A stretch of 64,000 nt of DNA from Candidatus Latescibacterota bacterium (GTDB taxonomy: Bacteria; Latescibacterota; UBA2968; GCA-2709665): assembly GCA_965219995.1 (NCBI GenBank), contig CBDCOX010000002.1, forward strand, positions 3,584,001 through 3,648,000, written 5' to 3'. The translations under genes and the position numbers were made by a program. The stretch's first letter is position 1; every line of letters begins with the position of its first letter. Of this stretch, positions 19,821-29,422 are shown piece by piece. The notes beneath the pieces were generated by a model that saw nothing but the letters and a program-made list of their open reading frames with translations, was not told where the DNA came from and did no database searches.

Positions 19821-20969
19821 ATGACCACCAGAATTGGACTCGCACTATTGGTCGTCTCGAGCTTTTGGGCATGTGGAGGGGATTCGGTGACGACGCCGGA
19901 GCAGCCGACCCTTGAACGAGGTCTCAAAGAGGTCGGGAATATGGTCCAACCTCGGTATTGGCACACCGCGACGCTATTGTCCAACGGCAAGGTCCTGATC
20001 GCAGGCGGCCTGGGGGAGCCACCTGCAGAAGTCCAGGACCCATCTCAGGGCGGCGCAGTCATTTATCGGGCGTCGGGTCTTCTCGCCAGCGCGGAGGTAT
20101 TCGATCCGCAGACCGGGACGTCAACGCCAACGGGGGACATGACCGTCAGACGATATGCGGACAACGGAATATTGCTTCCCAATGGTCGCGTGCTGATTAT
20201 GCCTCGTTATGGTCATTTCCCGGTTGAGATCTACGATCCTGCTTCGGGCACGTTCGCCGCCGTGTCAGACGTACCGGCGGGTGCAACCATCGAGACGACA
20301 ACGCTGCTGCCTAGTGGAGAGGTTTTTTTGACTAACCTGGACCACACGGGTGTCTTCGACCCCGATGCACGCACATTTCACTCCATCTTCAAGAGGGAGG
20401 AAATCCGAAGGCTACATACAGCGACGCTGATGAAGGACGGCCGTGTGCTGATCGTTGGGGGATTGCGTGGCGGACTTGAAGACGGGCTGGTTGGACGGAA
20501 CGTCATTTACGATCCGTCGTCCAGGAGAGTCTCCGAAGCCGGTAATCTGCAGTTCGACCGCATAAATCATAAAGCCGTGCTTCTTCAGGACGGCCGCGTG
20601 CTGATCGTTGGCGGCACCGCGGGTAAGGGGCCCTTCGTGCAGGCGGCCGAGATATATGACCCTGAAACGAACGCCTTTTCAACGGCCGGCGTTTCGACAG
20701 TCGATCCTCTTTCCGCCTCGTTGCTGCCCTCCGGCACGGTGTTGCTCGTCCACTCCCACAACGGTGATATCGTAATGTATGACCCCGCCACACATGCATT
20801 TTCTCCAACAGGACACAACATAGGATGGCGGTCATTGCCTACGGTCACCATGCTTGAGGACGGACGCGCCATGGTTGCAGGCGGCTGGGAAAGCGATGGC
20901 TATTCAACGCATGGTCTTCCAACGAATATTGGGGTGATTACGGACAAGATCCTGATATTCACGCCCTGA
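19821..20969 (+). CDS. Kelch-repeat lipoprotein K7 (array member 5)
   Basis: AAGGAG RBS before ATG 19821; lipobox FWAC; Kelch motifs. Confidence 0.88.
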   Translation: MTTRIGLALLVVSSFWACGGDSVTTPEQPTLERGLKEVGNMVQPRYWHTATLLSNGKVLIAGGLGEPPAEVQDPSQGGAVIYRASGLLASAEVFDPQTGTSTPTGDMTVRRYADNGILLPNGRVLIMPRYGHFPVEIYDPASGTFAAVSDVPAGATIETTTLLPSGEVFLTNLDHTGVFDPDARTFHSIFKREEIRRLHTATLMKDGRVLIVGGLRGGLEDGLVGRNVIYDPSSRRVSEAGNLQFDRINHKAVLLQDGRVLIVGGTAGKGPFVQAAEIYDPETNAFSTAGVSTVDPLSASLLPSGTVLLVHSHNGDIVMYDPATHAFSPTGHNIGWRSLPTVTMLEDGRAMVAGGWESDGYSTHGLPTNIGVITDKILIFTP

Positions 20970-21002
20970 GCGCACCCTTACTCAACTGAAAGGTACTGCC
21001 AT

Positions 21003-21539
21003 ATGAAGCTGAGAGTCGGATGGAAGTCCTGGGTGTTTTTGGGCGTCGCAGTGGTCCTGGCGGGCGCCGCGCTGGGTCAGATTCTCGTCGAGGAGCCGGA
21101 ACCGAAGAACGCGCTGCCCGTGGGCCCGGCCGCGTCCGACTTCACGCTGGATGGTCTGGACGGATCGGTCGTCCGGCTGTCCGATAATGACGGACGCGTC
21201 GTCCTGATCAATTTCTGGGCGACGTGGTGCATGCCGTGCCTGTACGAATTGCCGCATATCCAGACGTTGTACGACCGGTACCGCGAAAAGGGCCTGACCG
21301 TACTTGCCGTCAGCACGGACTTCGACCGGGCGCGCGTGGGTCCGTTCATTCAGGAATACGGCTACACCTTCCCGGTCCTGTTCGCCGATCCGGGCATCCA
21401 GGCCGACTACGCCGTCCGCAGCATTCCAACCACCTTTCTGGTTGACAGAAAGGGCCGCCTCAGGTTCATGCAAACGGGCTACGGGCCCGATACCGAAACG
21501 GAACTGGAATGGGCCCTCGCACAGCTATTGGGACGGTAG
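21003..21539 (+). CDS. TlpA/ResA-family thiol-disulfide oxidoreductase
   Basis: N-terminal TM segment; VVLINFWATWCMPC; IPTTFLVDRKG. Confidence 0.9.
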   Translation: MKLRVGWKSWVFLGVAVVLAGAALGQILVEEPEPKNALPVGPAASDFTLDGLDGSVVRLSDNDGRVVLINFWATWCMPCLYELPHIQTLYDRYREKGLTVLAVSTDFDRARVGPFIQEYGYTFPVLFADPGIQADYAVRSIPTTFLVDRKGRLRFMQTGYGPDTETELEWALAQLLGR

Positions 21540-21677
21540 GGGAGGGGGATCTATTCGAGGCGGGATTTTCGGGTCGTAAAGGAATCGCAACCGGGGACAG
21601 CGCGGTAAGTGTGAGCGGTGGAATTGCCTTCGATCGGGTCGTTTCAGCTGGGTCGGATGCGGCGCGGGTCAATTGAA

Positions 21678-22052
21678 TCAGGTCCAGGAGTGCATCGCAA
21701 CCCGGTTGCCTTCGCAGTCTTCGAAATGGGCGAAGAATCCGTGTTCGCCGACGCTGGTTTTCAGAATCAGCGTCGTTCCACCGTTTGACTCGATCTTTTC
21801 CAGCGTCCCGTCGATGTCGGTCACCGAAAAGTAGACCAGGGCGCCCTCGTGCGACGGGATGTATCCTTCGGACTTGATCAGCGTTCCGGCGGCACCGGGT
21901 CCCTCGGTCATCGGAAACCATGCCAACTCCGTGTCGCCCATCCTGCTGGCTGTCAGTTCAAGACCCAGCACGTTTTCGTAGAATCGCCTGGCTCGTTCCA
22001 GGTCCCGCACGGGTATTTCAAACCAGCCGACGGGATTCCGTTCATCCGCCAT
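21678..22052 (-). CDS. VOC/glyoxalase family protein
   Basis: NPVGWFEIPVRDLERARRFYENVLG..LVYFSVTDID..FAHFEDCEGN. Confidence 0.9.
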   Translation of the reverse strand: MADERNPVGWFEIPVRDLERARRFYENVLGLELTASRMGDTELAWFPMTEGPGAAGTLIKSEGYIPSHEGALVYFSVTDIDGTLEKIESNGGTTLILKTSVGEHGFFAHFEDCEGNRVAMHSWT

Positions 22053-22263
22053 TCGATTCTCCTCCAGTCTTTTCTACTAACGCCAGGATACCGCGCGGCG
22101 TTCCCATGCCTTAATGGTCACGGATTCACAACCAATAACGGTTGCGGAAGCGGCGTGCGCCCGGATTCGAGTCTCCCGAGCGCGTTCAGTTAGCGGGGAT
22201 GCAGAGACCGGAGTCGCATCGGGTCGGTCGATCGAGCAATCGAGGGGCGCACACCGAACGGCG

Positions 22264-22956
22264 CTATGGCGCGGGTGTGGCCGGCGGAAGAATAACCGCC
22301 ACGGCGCCCGCGGTGTCTTCGACGCGATCGAACAGGTCTACTGCCTGACGCCGGTTCATCTGGAAGTCGATGGTGACCGATTCCGTGGGCACGAAAGCGC
22401 CCTGCGCAAAGACCGTTACGCGTTTGTCGTTTACGGGATTCCAGATTTCTACGACCCTGCCGTCGAACTCGCCTCCGAAGGCGACGTACGCCACATTGGT
22501 ACGCGGTCTGTTTCCGCTGGGAACGCCCACGCTGACCTTTTTGCCCAGATACTGAAACGGCGGTTGTAATCCGCGGGCACGGCCGCGCAGGTCTGCGATC
22601 AACGGGTTCTCCGCGATCGCGCCCTCAAGGCGCGCCTTTCGCTCCTCGATAGATTCGTTGTCGTCTTGTGGCATTGCTTCTGCCAGGCGCCCTGCTATTG
22701 CGCTGTTCCGGTAGTGGTAGACGTCCTTTGCAGTCAACCATCCCAGCGTCGCGTCTCTTGCGAAGTCCTTGCCCCAGATCGAGTCCAGGACGGCGTCGTG
22801 CGCCACCATTTTGTCTTCGATCCGCATTTGGATGGCATTCTCGGCATCGTAGTTGATGGTGATATCGACGGGGGCGATATACGCGATGTACGCCAGGTAC
22901 GCGCACCCCGCCGCCAATACGACTTCAATGACTGTTCGGATATGTGAACTCGACAT
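22264..22956 (-). CDS. Hypothetical membrane-anchored protein
   Basis: 230-aa ORF; GGAGGG RBS; N-terminal hydrophobic helix; no family recognised with confidence. Confidence 0.6.
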   Translation of the reverse strand: MSSSHIRTVIEVVLAAGCAYLAYIAYIAPVDITINYDAENAIQMRIEDKMVAHDAVLDSIWGKDFARDATLGWLTAKDVYHYRNSAIAGRLAEAMPQDDNESIEERKARLEGAIAENPLIADLRGRARGLQPPFQYLGKKVSVGVPSGNRPRTNVAYVAFGGEFDGRVVEIWNPVNDKRVTVFAQGAFVPTESVTIDFQMNRRQAVDLFDRVEDTAGAVAVILPPATPAP

Positions 22957-23146
22957 CTTTTCCCTCCCGTTCCTTACGGTGTGGCGTCAGTTGAGACGAC
23001 CGTTGTTTAGACGCCCGCGGACAGGGTCCCGCAACAAGCGCCAGGAGCAAAAGTACTCGATCGCTTCAGCGCTCCTTTCTCCGACGGAAAGCCGTCAGTC
23101 AGTTTGAAACACGATTGTTCGCCGGTGTCTTCGATCTTTGACGTGC

Positions 23147-24007
23147 CTATTTTCTTCCGGTATACGCCCGTCCCAGCCTCGCCACAGCCTCGCCGCCTCC
23201 GGAGACGATCATCACGCCCTCGTCAATGATCTCCGTGACGTTTTCCGGGTTCGCGCCGTTCAGGAAGAACAAACCGGCGTCCCGGCAGGCCGCCATCACA
23301 CGAGCCCGTGCAGCTGCCATCTCAGGCGGATAGGGCGGGTCGTGCCGATCGGCATGCCCGAGCGACATGCCCATATCGCCGGGACCCCACTCGCCGAAGG
23401 CGAGTCCCTGCACCTTCGCCGTGAGCTCCGCGTTTGCCAGCGCGCGTTTGTTCTCGATCTTCACGCCGAGCATCAACTCTCCGTCCGGGCTCAGCGGCCA
23501 CGGGTCGGCCTTTTTCAGATATTCGGCTGCGGTCACGCCCCAGGTCTGTGCGGCCCAGCCCTGTCCGCCGGCCCCTCGCCGACCGTCGCCATGTCCCGCG
23601 GCCGGCGTTCGGAACGGATACCTGCAACTCTCCACGAAAGCCCGGACGCCCTCAGGGTCGTCGGCATGACACAGCAGGATACCGTGCACGCCGCGGGCCA
23701 GCGCCTGCTTGAACATCCAGGCATTGGCGCGAACAGCCGCTTCACTCGACCCCTCGACGGGAAGGTCCACGATGACGGCCGGCGTCCGGTGACCGCTGGC
23801 CGTGGGACCGCCGTCCACCAGGCCTCTCATGAAATCGCCCAGGCCCCGCATATCGAATGCGCCGTGCTCAATGCTGACGTTGATATAGTCGGCCCACGTC
23901 GCGGCCATTTCCACACCGGCTTCATAAGTCAGTTCGGAGACGCCGACATAATAAATCGGCTGCCCCCGTTCCAGCAGCTCAATCGCTTTATTGATCCGCT
24001 TCGCCAT
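23147..24007 (-). CDS. HpcH/HpaI aldolase family protein
   Basis: ADYINVSIEHG, KQALARGVHGILL, GVKIEN, EWGPGDMGMSLG motifs. Confidence 0.85.
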   Translation of the reverse strand: MAKRINKAIELLERGQPIYYVGVSELTYEAGVEMAATWADYINVSIEHGAFDMRGLGDFMRGLVDGGPTASGHRTPAVIVDLPVEGSSEAAVRANAWMFKQALARGVHGILLCHADDPEGVRAFVESCRYPFRTPAAGHGDGRRGAGGQGWAAQTWGVTAAEYLKKADPWPLSPDGELMLGVKIENKRALANAELTAKVQGLAFGEWGPGDMGMSLGHADRHDPPYPPEMAAARARVMAACRDAGLFFLNGANPENVTEIIDEGVMIVSGGGEAVARLGRAYTGRK

Positions 24008-24311
24008 GTGCCATTTATCCCGCGAATTAGGAAAACTCAACTTACCTCGCTAACATAAAGCCGCCGCCGCGAAAAATCAATCGTTCCCCGGGTTGCCCTC
24101 CGAGGGGCCGGGACGCCCTGGCCGGCATCCGTGATACCCCCACGCCCGGTCATCCCAAGGACTGTGCGCGACAGCCTGGAACATCCTTGACGGCGAAATG
24201 TCGGGCATGTATCTTGGCAATTCCACGTGCGTCGCGCCGGGAGACCACCACCGGCAGGCCGGCCGACGAGAGACTCGAACAACCCGAAGCAACAATCGGA
24301 AGGGTGAAGCC

Positions 24312-25325
24312 ATGCCAGGCGTAGCCATACAGGGCGCGGGAAACGTCGCCACCGAACATATCAGGGCTTATCTGAACAATCCGCATACCCGGCTGGTGGC
24401 CATCGGGAGCCGTACGCTGGAAAGCGCACGGAAAAAAGCGGTAGAACTGGGTGTTGAATGCGACCTGTACGATAACTACGACAGGCTTCTCGAGCATCCG
24501 GACGTCGACGTCGTTTCCATCTGTACGCCGCCCGATCGCCACGCCGGAGAAGCCATTGCCGCCGCCCGCGCCGGCAAACACCTGCTGATTGAAAAACCGG
24601 TGGCCACGAATCGTGAAGAACTGAATGCGATGCACCTGGCCGTGGAAAGCGCGGGCGTCAAGACAGTCGTGGGTTTCGTCCTTCGATGGAACCCGCTGAT
24701 CGTCTCCATCAAGCGGGCCATCGAGAAGGGCTGGGTCGGCGATCCTCTTCTCGTTCAGGCCGACTACTGGCACGGCCCCACCAACGCCCGCCCCGAGAAA
24801 TTCAGCCGGACAGGATGGAAACCGTTCGTGAACGGGGCGATCGTGCACGGCGGCTGCCATGCCCTCGACGCCGCACGATACATACTGGACAATGACACCG
24901 TCACCCGGGTGACCGGCGTTTCCCCACGCCATCGAACGCATGGAGAGGACTACCGTTCCACGACGGTCGCAACGGTTGAATTCGCGGGGGGCGCCGCCGG
25001 AAAGTTTTCGGGTTCCACGGCTTTCTTCATGCCTTATGTATTCAACGTCGAGGTGTTCGGAACGGAGGGCGTGATCCGCAACAACCAGTTCTACACCCGA
25101 CAGCTGTCCGGCCAGGACGCGTTCGGCAGTTTTCCCACGGTCATGCCCGACAGCGGCGCCGTTGCCCACCATCCTTTCCAGGAAATGATTGACCACCTCG
25201 TCGAATGCATCCTGAACGACGTGGAATCGCACGACAATCTGGCGGTGGCCGTCAACACCCACGCCGCATGTTTTGCCGCGGAAGAATCGGCCGCAAACGG
25301 TTCCATGCCGATAGAGATAGAGTAG
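24312..25325 (+). CDS. Gfo/Idh/MocA family oxidoreductase
   Basis: GAGNVA Rossmann motif; DVVSICTP..H; GKHLLIEKP; GCHALD. Confidence 0.9.
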   Translation: MPGVAIQGAGNVATEHIRAYLNNPHTRLVAIGSRTLESARKKAVELGVECDLYDNYDRLLEHPDVDVVSICTPPDRHAGEAIAAARAGKHLLIEKPVATNREELNAMHLAVESAGVKTVVGFVLRWNPLIVSIKRAIEKGWVGDPLLVQADYWHGPTNARPEKFSRTGWKPFVNGAIVHGGCHALDAARYILDNDTVTRVTGVSPRHRTHGEDYRSTTVATVEFAGGAAGKFSGSTAFFMPYVFNVEVFGTEGVIRNNQFYTRQLSGQDAFGSFPTVMPDSGAVAHHPFQEMIDHLVECILNDVESHDNLAVAVNTHAACFAAEESAANGSMPIEIE

Positions 25326-25370
25326 CCGAGAGAACGAGAGAACGAGGGGACGAGGGAACGAGGAGCTTCA

Positions 25371-26369
25371 ATGCCGGGAGGACCCATTAAGGTTGCGCTG
25401 GCCGGTTGCGGCGGACTGGGCCGGGCTCACGCCAGAAACGTGGAGGCGCTGGACGGCGCACGCCTCGTCGCGGTCTGCGACGTCGTATCGGAATCCGCCG
25501 CGCAGCTTGCCGCGCAACTGGCGTCCGGTCCGACGCCTTACGCGGACCACCGCGCGATGCTGGCCGCTGAGAATCCGGACGCCGTGCTGGTGGTTACGCC
25601 CAACCACACCCACAGCCGCATCAGCACGGATGCCGCGCTGGCGGGCGCCCACGTCTTCTGCGAAAAGCCAATGGCGCTGACCGTTGAAGACTGCGACACG
25701 ATGATTCACGCCGCGGAACAGTCAGGCGTTCTCCTGATGATCGGCTACGTGCGCCGGTTTCAGCTCGCTTATCAGGAACTCAAGCGCCGGGTGGACCGGG
25801 GAGACGCGGGAGAGATCACCCTGGCGCATGCCGTGCGTCTGGGAACCGGCGCGCCGGGCGGCGTGGGAGGATGGCAGACCCGGAGGGGAACGTACGGCGG
25901 TATGTTCTCCATGTACAGCCACGAACTCGACCAGCTCGCGTGGCTGGCCGGTGAAATCCGCGCCGTAAATGCCGTCATGAAGTACGGAGATGACACGGAA
26001 AACGAAGTCGAAGAAAGCATCTTTATCGGCATTGAGTTCGCATCGGGCGCGGTCGGCTCCTTAAGCAGCAGCCGCGTCTACCCGGTCAACAGCTACGAAC
26101 TCGGCGTGGCCGGAACGGCCGGCGCGCTCAAGCTCAACGACGCGGGCGGCCCTGTCCTGTTCGCCCGGCACGGCGAAAGATCCACGGCCATCGAGACGCC
26201 CCGAAACAACGGCCTGGCGGACGAGATCGCTCACTTCGTCGGATGCATTCAAAGGGGCGAAGCGCCCCGGTCGGATGGAAGGGACGGAAGGCGTGTTGTC
26301 GCGGTTGCCGCTGCCGCTCACGAATCCGCACGGACCGGCAAGCGGGTCGAGGTTCTGATGATGACGTGA
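25371..26369 (+). CDS. Gfo/Idh/MocA family oxidoreductase
   Basis: GCGGLG; VVTPNHTH; HVFCEKPMA; SHELD. Confidence 0.9.
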   Translation: MPGGPIKVALAGCGGLGRAHARNVEALDGARLVAVCDVVSESAAQLAAQLASGPTPYADHRAMLAAENPDAVLVVTPNHTHSRISTDAALAGAHVFCEKPMALTVEDCDTMIHAAEQSGVLLMIGYVRRFQLAYQELKRRVDRGDAGEITLAHAVRLGTGAPGGVGGWQTRRGTYGGMFSMYSHELDQLAWLAGEIRAVNAVMKYGDDTENEVEESIFIGIEFASGAVGSLSSSRVYPVNSYELGVAGTAGALKLNDAGGPVLFARHGERSTAIETPRNNGLADEIAHFVGCIQRGEAPRSDGRDGRRVVAVAAAAHESARTGKRVEVLMMT

Positions 26370-26395
26370 GAACGCGCCGTGAGTCGGGCGCCCTT

Positions 26396-28132
26396 TCATT
26401 CCTCCGCCGGGCGCATGTCCTCCAGAACAAGTTGCACCTGCGTCCGGCCGTTCCAGGTGTTGGCCTCCAGGGCGCAGGCCACGTCCACGCGATCGCCCCT
26501 TTGAAGCCGACCCGCCAATTCGCCCTGCCCCCACCAGACCGCGTCGTAGTTCCGCCGGCCCGTTCGCGGTGCGCCGCCGCCGTCCACGGACGTTTCGGTG
26601 TCCAGGTTCATTTTGAGGTGCGCCCCTTTCCCGACCGCAATGGCACGATCGATCGTACAGTTCCGCACCATAAACAGCGGCGCTTCGTTACCCGCGCCGA
26701 ATGGCGCCAGGGCAGACAGCGCCGAGACCGTGTCCAGCGAGATCTCACCGGACCGCAGCGCCGCATCCAGCTCCAGCCGGGTTCTCAGGTCCTCATCCGA
26801 AATCCGCTCCGCCGCATCGGCCTCCAGTCTGGCCTTGAAAGGGTCGAAATTCTCGAGGTTGCCCGTAAAGCCGGCCGCATCGGCATGCCCGCCGTACTCG
26901 GTCAGCAGGTCCGCGCAGCGGAAAATCGCCTCCGCTATATTGTAGCCCGCCACCGATCTCGCCGAACCCGTAAAACTCCCATCCCCGCGAACTTCTGTAC
27001 AGGCGATGCCAGGCTTTCCGTAACGCTCTGCCAGGCGACCCGCGATCAACCCAACCACGCCCAGGTGCCATTTGTCGCCTTTCGCAACCAGAATGCGGTG
27101 GTGCGCGTCCAGCGACATGGATTCCACCTGCTCCTCGGCCTGTTTTACGCCCTCGAGCTCGAGCTCGCGCCGCTTCCGGTTGAGCCCGTTCAACCGCTCC
27201 GCCAATCGGGCGGCCTCGCCTGCCTCGGACGTACGCAAGAGGTCCAGCGCCAGGTCCGCCGAGGCCAGCCGTCCGGCGCTGTTGATGCGCGGCCCCAGGA
27301 AGAATCCGATCGCCGTCGTGTCCACGGGACGGGTATCGGCGCCGGCTACGGCTTTCAGGGCCTGAAGTCCGGGACGCTGCGTACGATCCAGAATCTGCAT
27401 TCCTCGTCGAGTCAACAACCGGTTCTCACCCAACATCGGCGCGATATCCGCCACCGTTCCCAGGGCAACCAGGTCCAGCAGCGAATTCAGATACGCCCTC
27501 CGCTCCGTTGCGTCGATGAGTGAATCCGAAAGGGCCTGCACGGCCTTGAACGCCACGCCGACGGCCGCGAGCCCCTTGAACGCGTAGTCGCAATCCGGGC
27601 GGTTCGGATTGACCACCGCGTAAGCATCGGGCATCCGTCCCTGGGGCTGGTGATGATCGGTTACCAGCACGTCGACGCCGGCCGCGTTCGCCGCTTCGAC
27701 CGCCTCGAACGAGGAAATGCCGTTGTCCGCCGTCACGATCAGACGCGCGCCCGCTTCGATCGCGCGCTGAACGCCGGGCGGTTTCATCCCGTATCCGTCC
27801 CGGTGGCGGTCCGGCAGGATGGACGTGACGTCCGCTCCGGCCCGCTCCAGAAAATCCATGAACACGGCCGTGCTCGTCACCCCGTCCACGTCGTAATCGC
27901 CGAACACGACGATCTGCTCGCCCGCGCGAACCGCTTTCACAATGCGGTCCGTCAACCGGTCCATGTCCTTCATGGAATACGGGTCCTGAAGTACTCCGGG
28001 GGAATCCGCGATATCGCCGGCAGTCAGTCCGCGATTGGCAAGCACGACGTCAACGAGCGGCTCGGCCGATCCGCCCGCTATGGAGTCGGAATCCCGATTG
28101 TGCCTCAGCGTCCAGATCGGGTATTTCTGCAT
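26396..28132 (-). CDS. recJ: Single-stranded-DNA-specific exonuclease RecJ
   Basis: GDYDVDG, TADNG, TDHH, LGTVADI, PRINSAGR, GSARS, GGHADAAG, PFGAGN motifs. Confidence 0.95.
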   Translation of the reverse strand: MQKYPIWTLRHNRDSDSIAGGSAEPLVDVVLANRGLTAGDIADSPGVLQDPYSMKDMDRLTDRIVKAVRAGEQIVVFGDYDVDGVTSTAVFMDFLERAGADVTSILPDRHRDGYGMKPPGVQRAIEAGARLIVTADNGISSFEAVEAANAAGVDVLVTDHHQPQGRMPDAYAVVNPNRPDCDYAFKGLAAVGVAFKAVQALSDSLIDATERRAYLNSLLDLVALGTVADIAPMLGENRLLTRRGMQILDRTQRPGLQALKAVAGADTRPVDTTAIGFFLGPRINSAGRLASADLALDLLRTSEAGEAARLAERLNGLNRKRRELELEGVKQAEEQVESMSLDAHHRILVAKGDKWHLGVVGLIAGRLAERYGKPGIACTEVRGDGSFTGSARSVAGYNIAEAIFRCADLLTEYGGHADAAGFTGNLENFDPFKARLEADAAERISDEDLRTRLELDAALRSGEISLDTVSALSALAPFGAGNEAPLFMVRNCTIDRAIAVGKGAHLKMNLDTETSVDGGGAPRTGRRNYDAVWWGQGELAGRLQRGDRVDVACALEANTWNGRTQVQLVLEDMRPAEE

Positions 28133-28214
28133 CGATGCCTCAAGATTGAGTTGGTTTCCCCGTCAAAGCGTCGATTAATATATCATGAGTCCCGTCGCCA
28201 GACAAAATACATCT

Positions 28215-28860
28215 GGGGATAGCGATCAGCGATCAGCCATCAGCAGTCAGCTTGAAGCAAAAACCAAACCACTCGACGTCAGCGTCGTTACAGGACAGCC
28301 ACAGACAGAATGCAGACCTCTCCCCCCTGCCTGCCGAAAAACCACCGACAGGCAGGGACCCTTTCCTATAGGAAAGGGAAACAATCACCACGCGATAGAA
28401 TCCCGCTCTCCCCCTTCCTTCAGGAAGGGGGCCAGGGGGTAGGTCTCGTAAAGGCGGGGAGACGGAAGAGGGGAGACGTGAGATGATACCAGTGCCCTAT
28501 GGTTTTTCCAGTCGTTACGATAACGGTAAATTAGCAGGCACGGTATATGTGGAAACACTGCTGCAAATGTCTTCATCTACCGACTACCGTCTCACGTCTC
28601 ACCGATTTTATCGCCCGGTGCGGATTCATTTCGTGCCGCAGGCATAAGGATCGAACCAATCGGGCAAGGATGTCATCTACCGTCTAACGTCTCCCGTCTC
28701 ACCGATTTTATCGCCCGTAGCGGTTTCATTTCTCGCCGGAGGCATAAGGGTAGAGCCAATCGGGCGAGGATGTCATCTACCGTCTAACGTCTTGCGTCTC
28801 CCGTCTCACCGCTTTGTTCTACCGTCTAACATCTCCCGTCTTACCTCTTTCGTCTCTTTG
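28215..28860. repeat. Composite repeat cluster, inverted homolog of 11144-11780
   Basis: TCAGC-type repeats, CCTTCCTTCAGGAAGG hairpin and family-A units including an approximately 102-bp tandem pair at 28600-28812. Confidence 0.8.
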
Positions 28861-28963
28861 CCTCCATCTGCGAAATTTATTTGTTGGCGCATCGGGCGAA
28901 TGCCGTATATTTCTCCCCGGATACCTGACCTGAAGTCAACCCGAAATCCATACGGTTCACGGT

Positions 28964-29335
28964 TTGCCCAGAATCCTGCTCGCGGAAGACGGCCCGACCG
29001 CCATGGCCCTCGCCGGGGGACTGTTCGATCACCGGAACGTCGAACTGGACGTGGTCACAGACGGCCGCGGCGCTCTGGAGACCCTCGCCGCGAATCCGAA
29101 GGGATACGCACTCGTCATTCTTGCATACGACCTGCCGGAAATCAGCGGGGTTGATTGCGTTCGTTTCATTCGCAAGATGTTTGCCCGTCTGCCCGTGATG
29201 GTACTTATGGACACTCCGGATCAGGAGCGCGTGAATGAACTTGCGGGTCTGGGCATTTCACGCGGCCATATCCTGGAAAAACCGGCGACACCCGAGTCCC
29301 TGGCCGTCCAGGTCGGAAATTTGATCCGGCTCTGA
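28964..29335 (+). CDS. Stand-alone receiver (REC) domain protein, atypical
   Basis: RILLAED..LVILAYDLPEISG..ILEKP; TTG start. Confidence 0.75.
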   Translation: MPRILLAEDGPTAMALAGGLFDHRNVELDVVTDGRGALETLAANPKGYALVILAYDLPEISGVDCVRFIRKMFARLPVMVLMDTPDQERVNELAGLGISRGHILEKPATPESLAVQVGNLIRL

Positions 29336-29422
29336 AGCGCGGTCGTTTTTTGAAACAAAATGCACCCTTGAGAATCATATATTCACGAAAACGCTATTCC
29401 GCGCAAGAACAAAGGAGCATTC

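Noticed and set aside
14394-20969. Integron cassette array or DGR explaining the Kelch genes
   Set aside because: No integrase or reverse transcriptase, no attC RYYYAAC..GTTRRRY boundaries recognised, and the variation includes indels across the whole gene.
286-20969. Galactose oxidase annotation for the Kelch proteins
   Set aside because: Only the propeller is present. The C-terminal Ig-like domain and conserved Cys/Tyr copper-radical residues were not seen.
22960-23135. Riboswitch upstream of the 22264-22956 gene
   Set aside because: No conserved aptamer motif recognised by eye; an Rfam/Infernal scan would be needed.
25326-25366. GAGAGAAC/GAGGGGAC 8-mer run between the two oxidoreductase genes
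   Set aside because: Short, degenerate and single-copy in the window; no support for a function.
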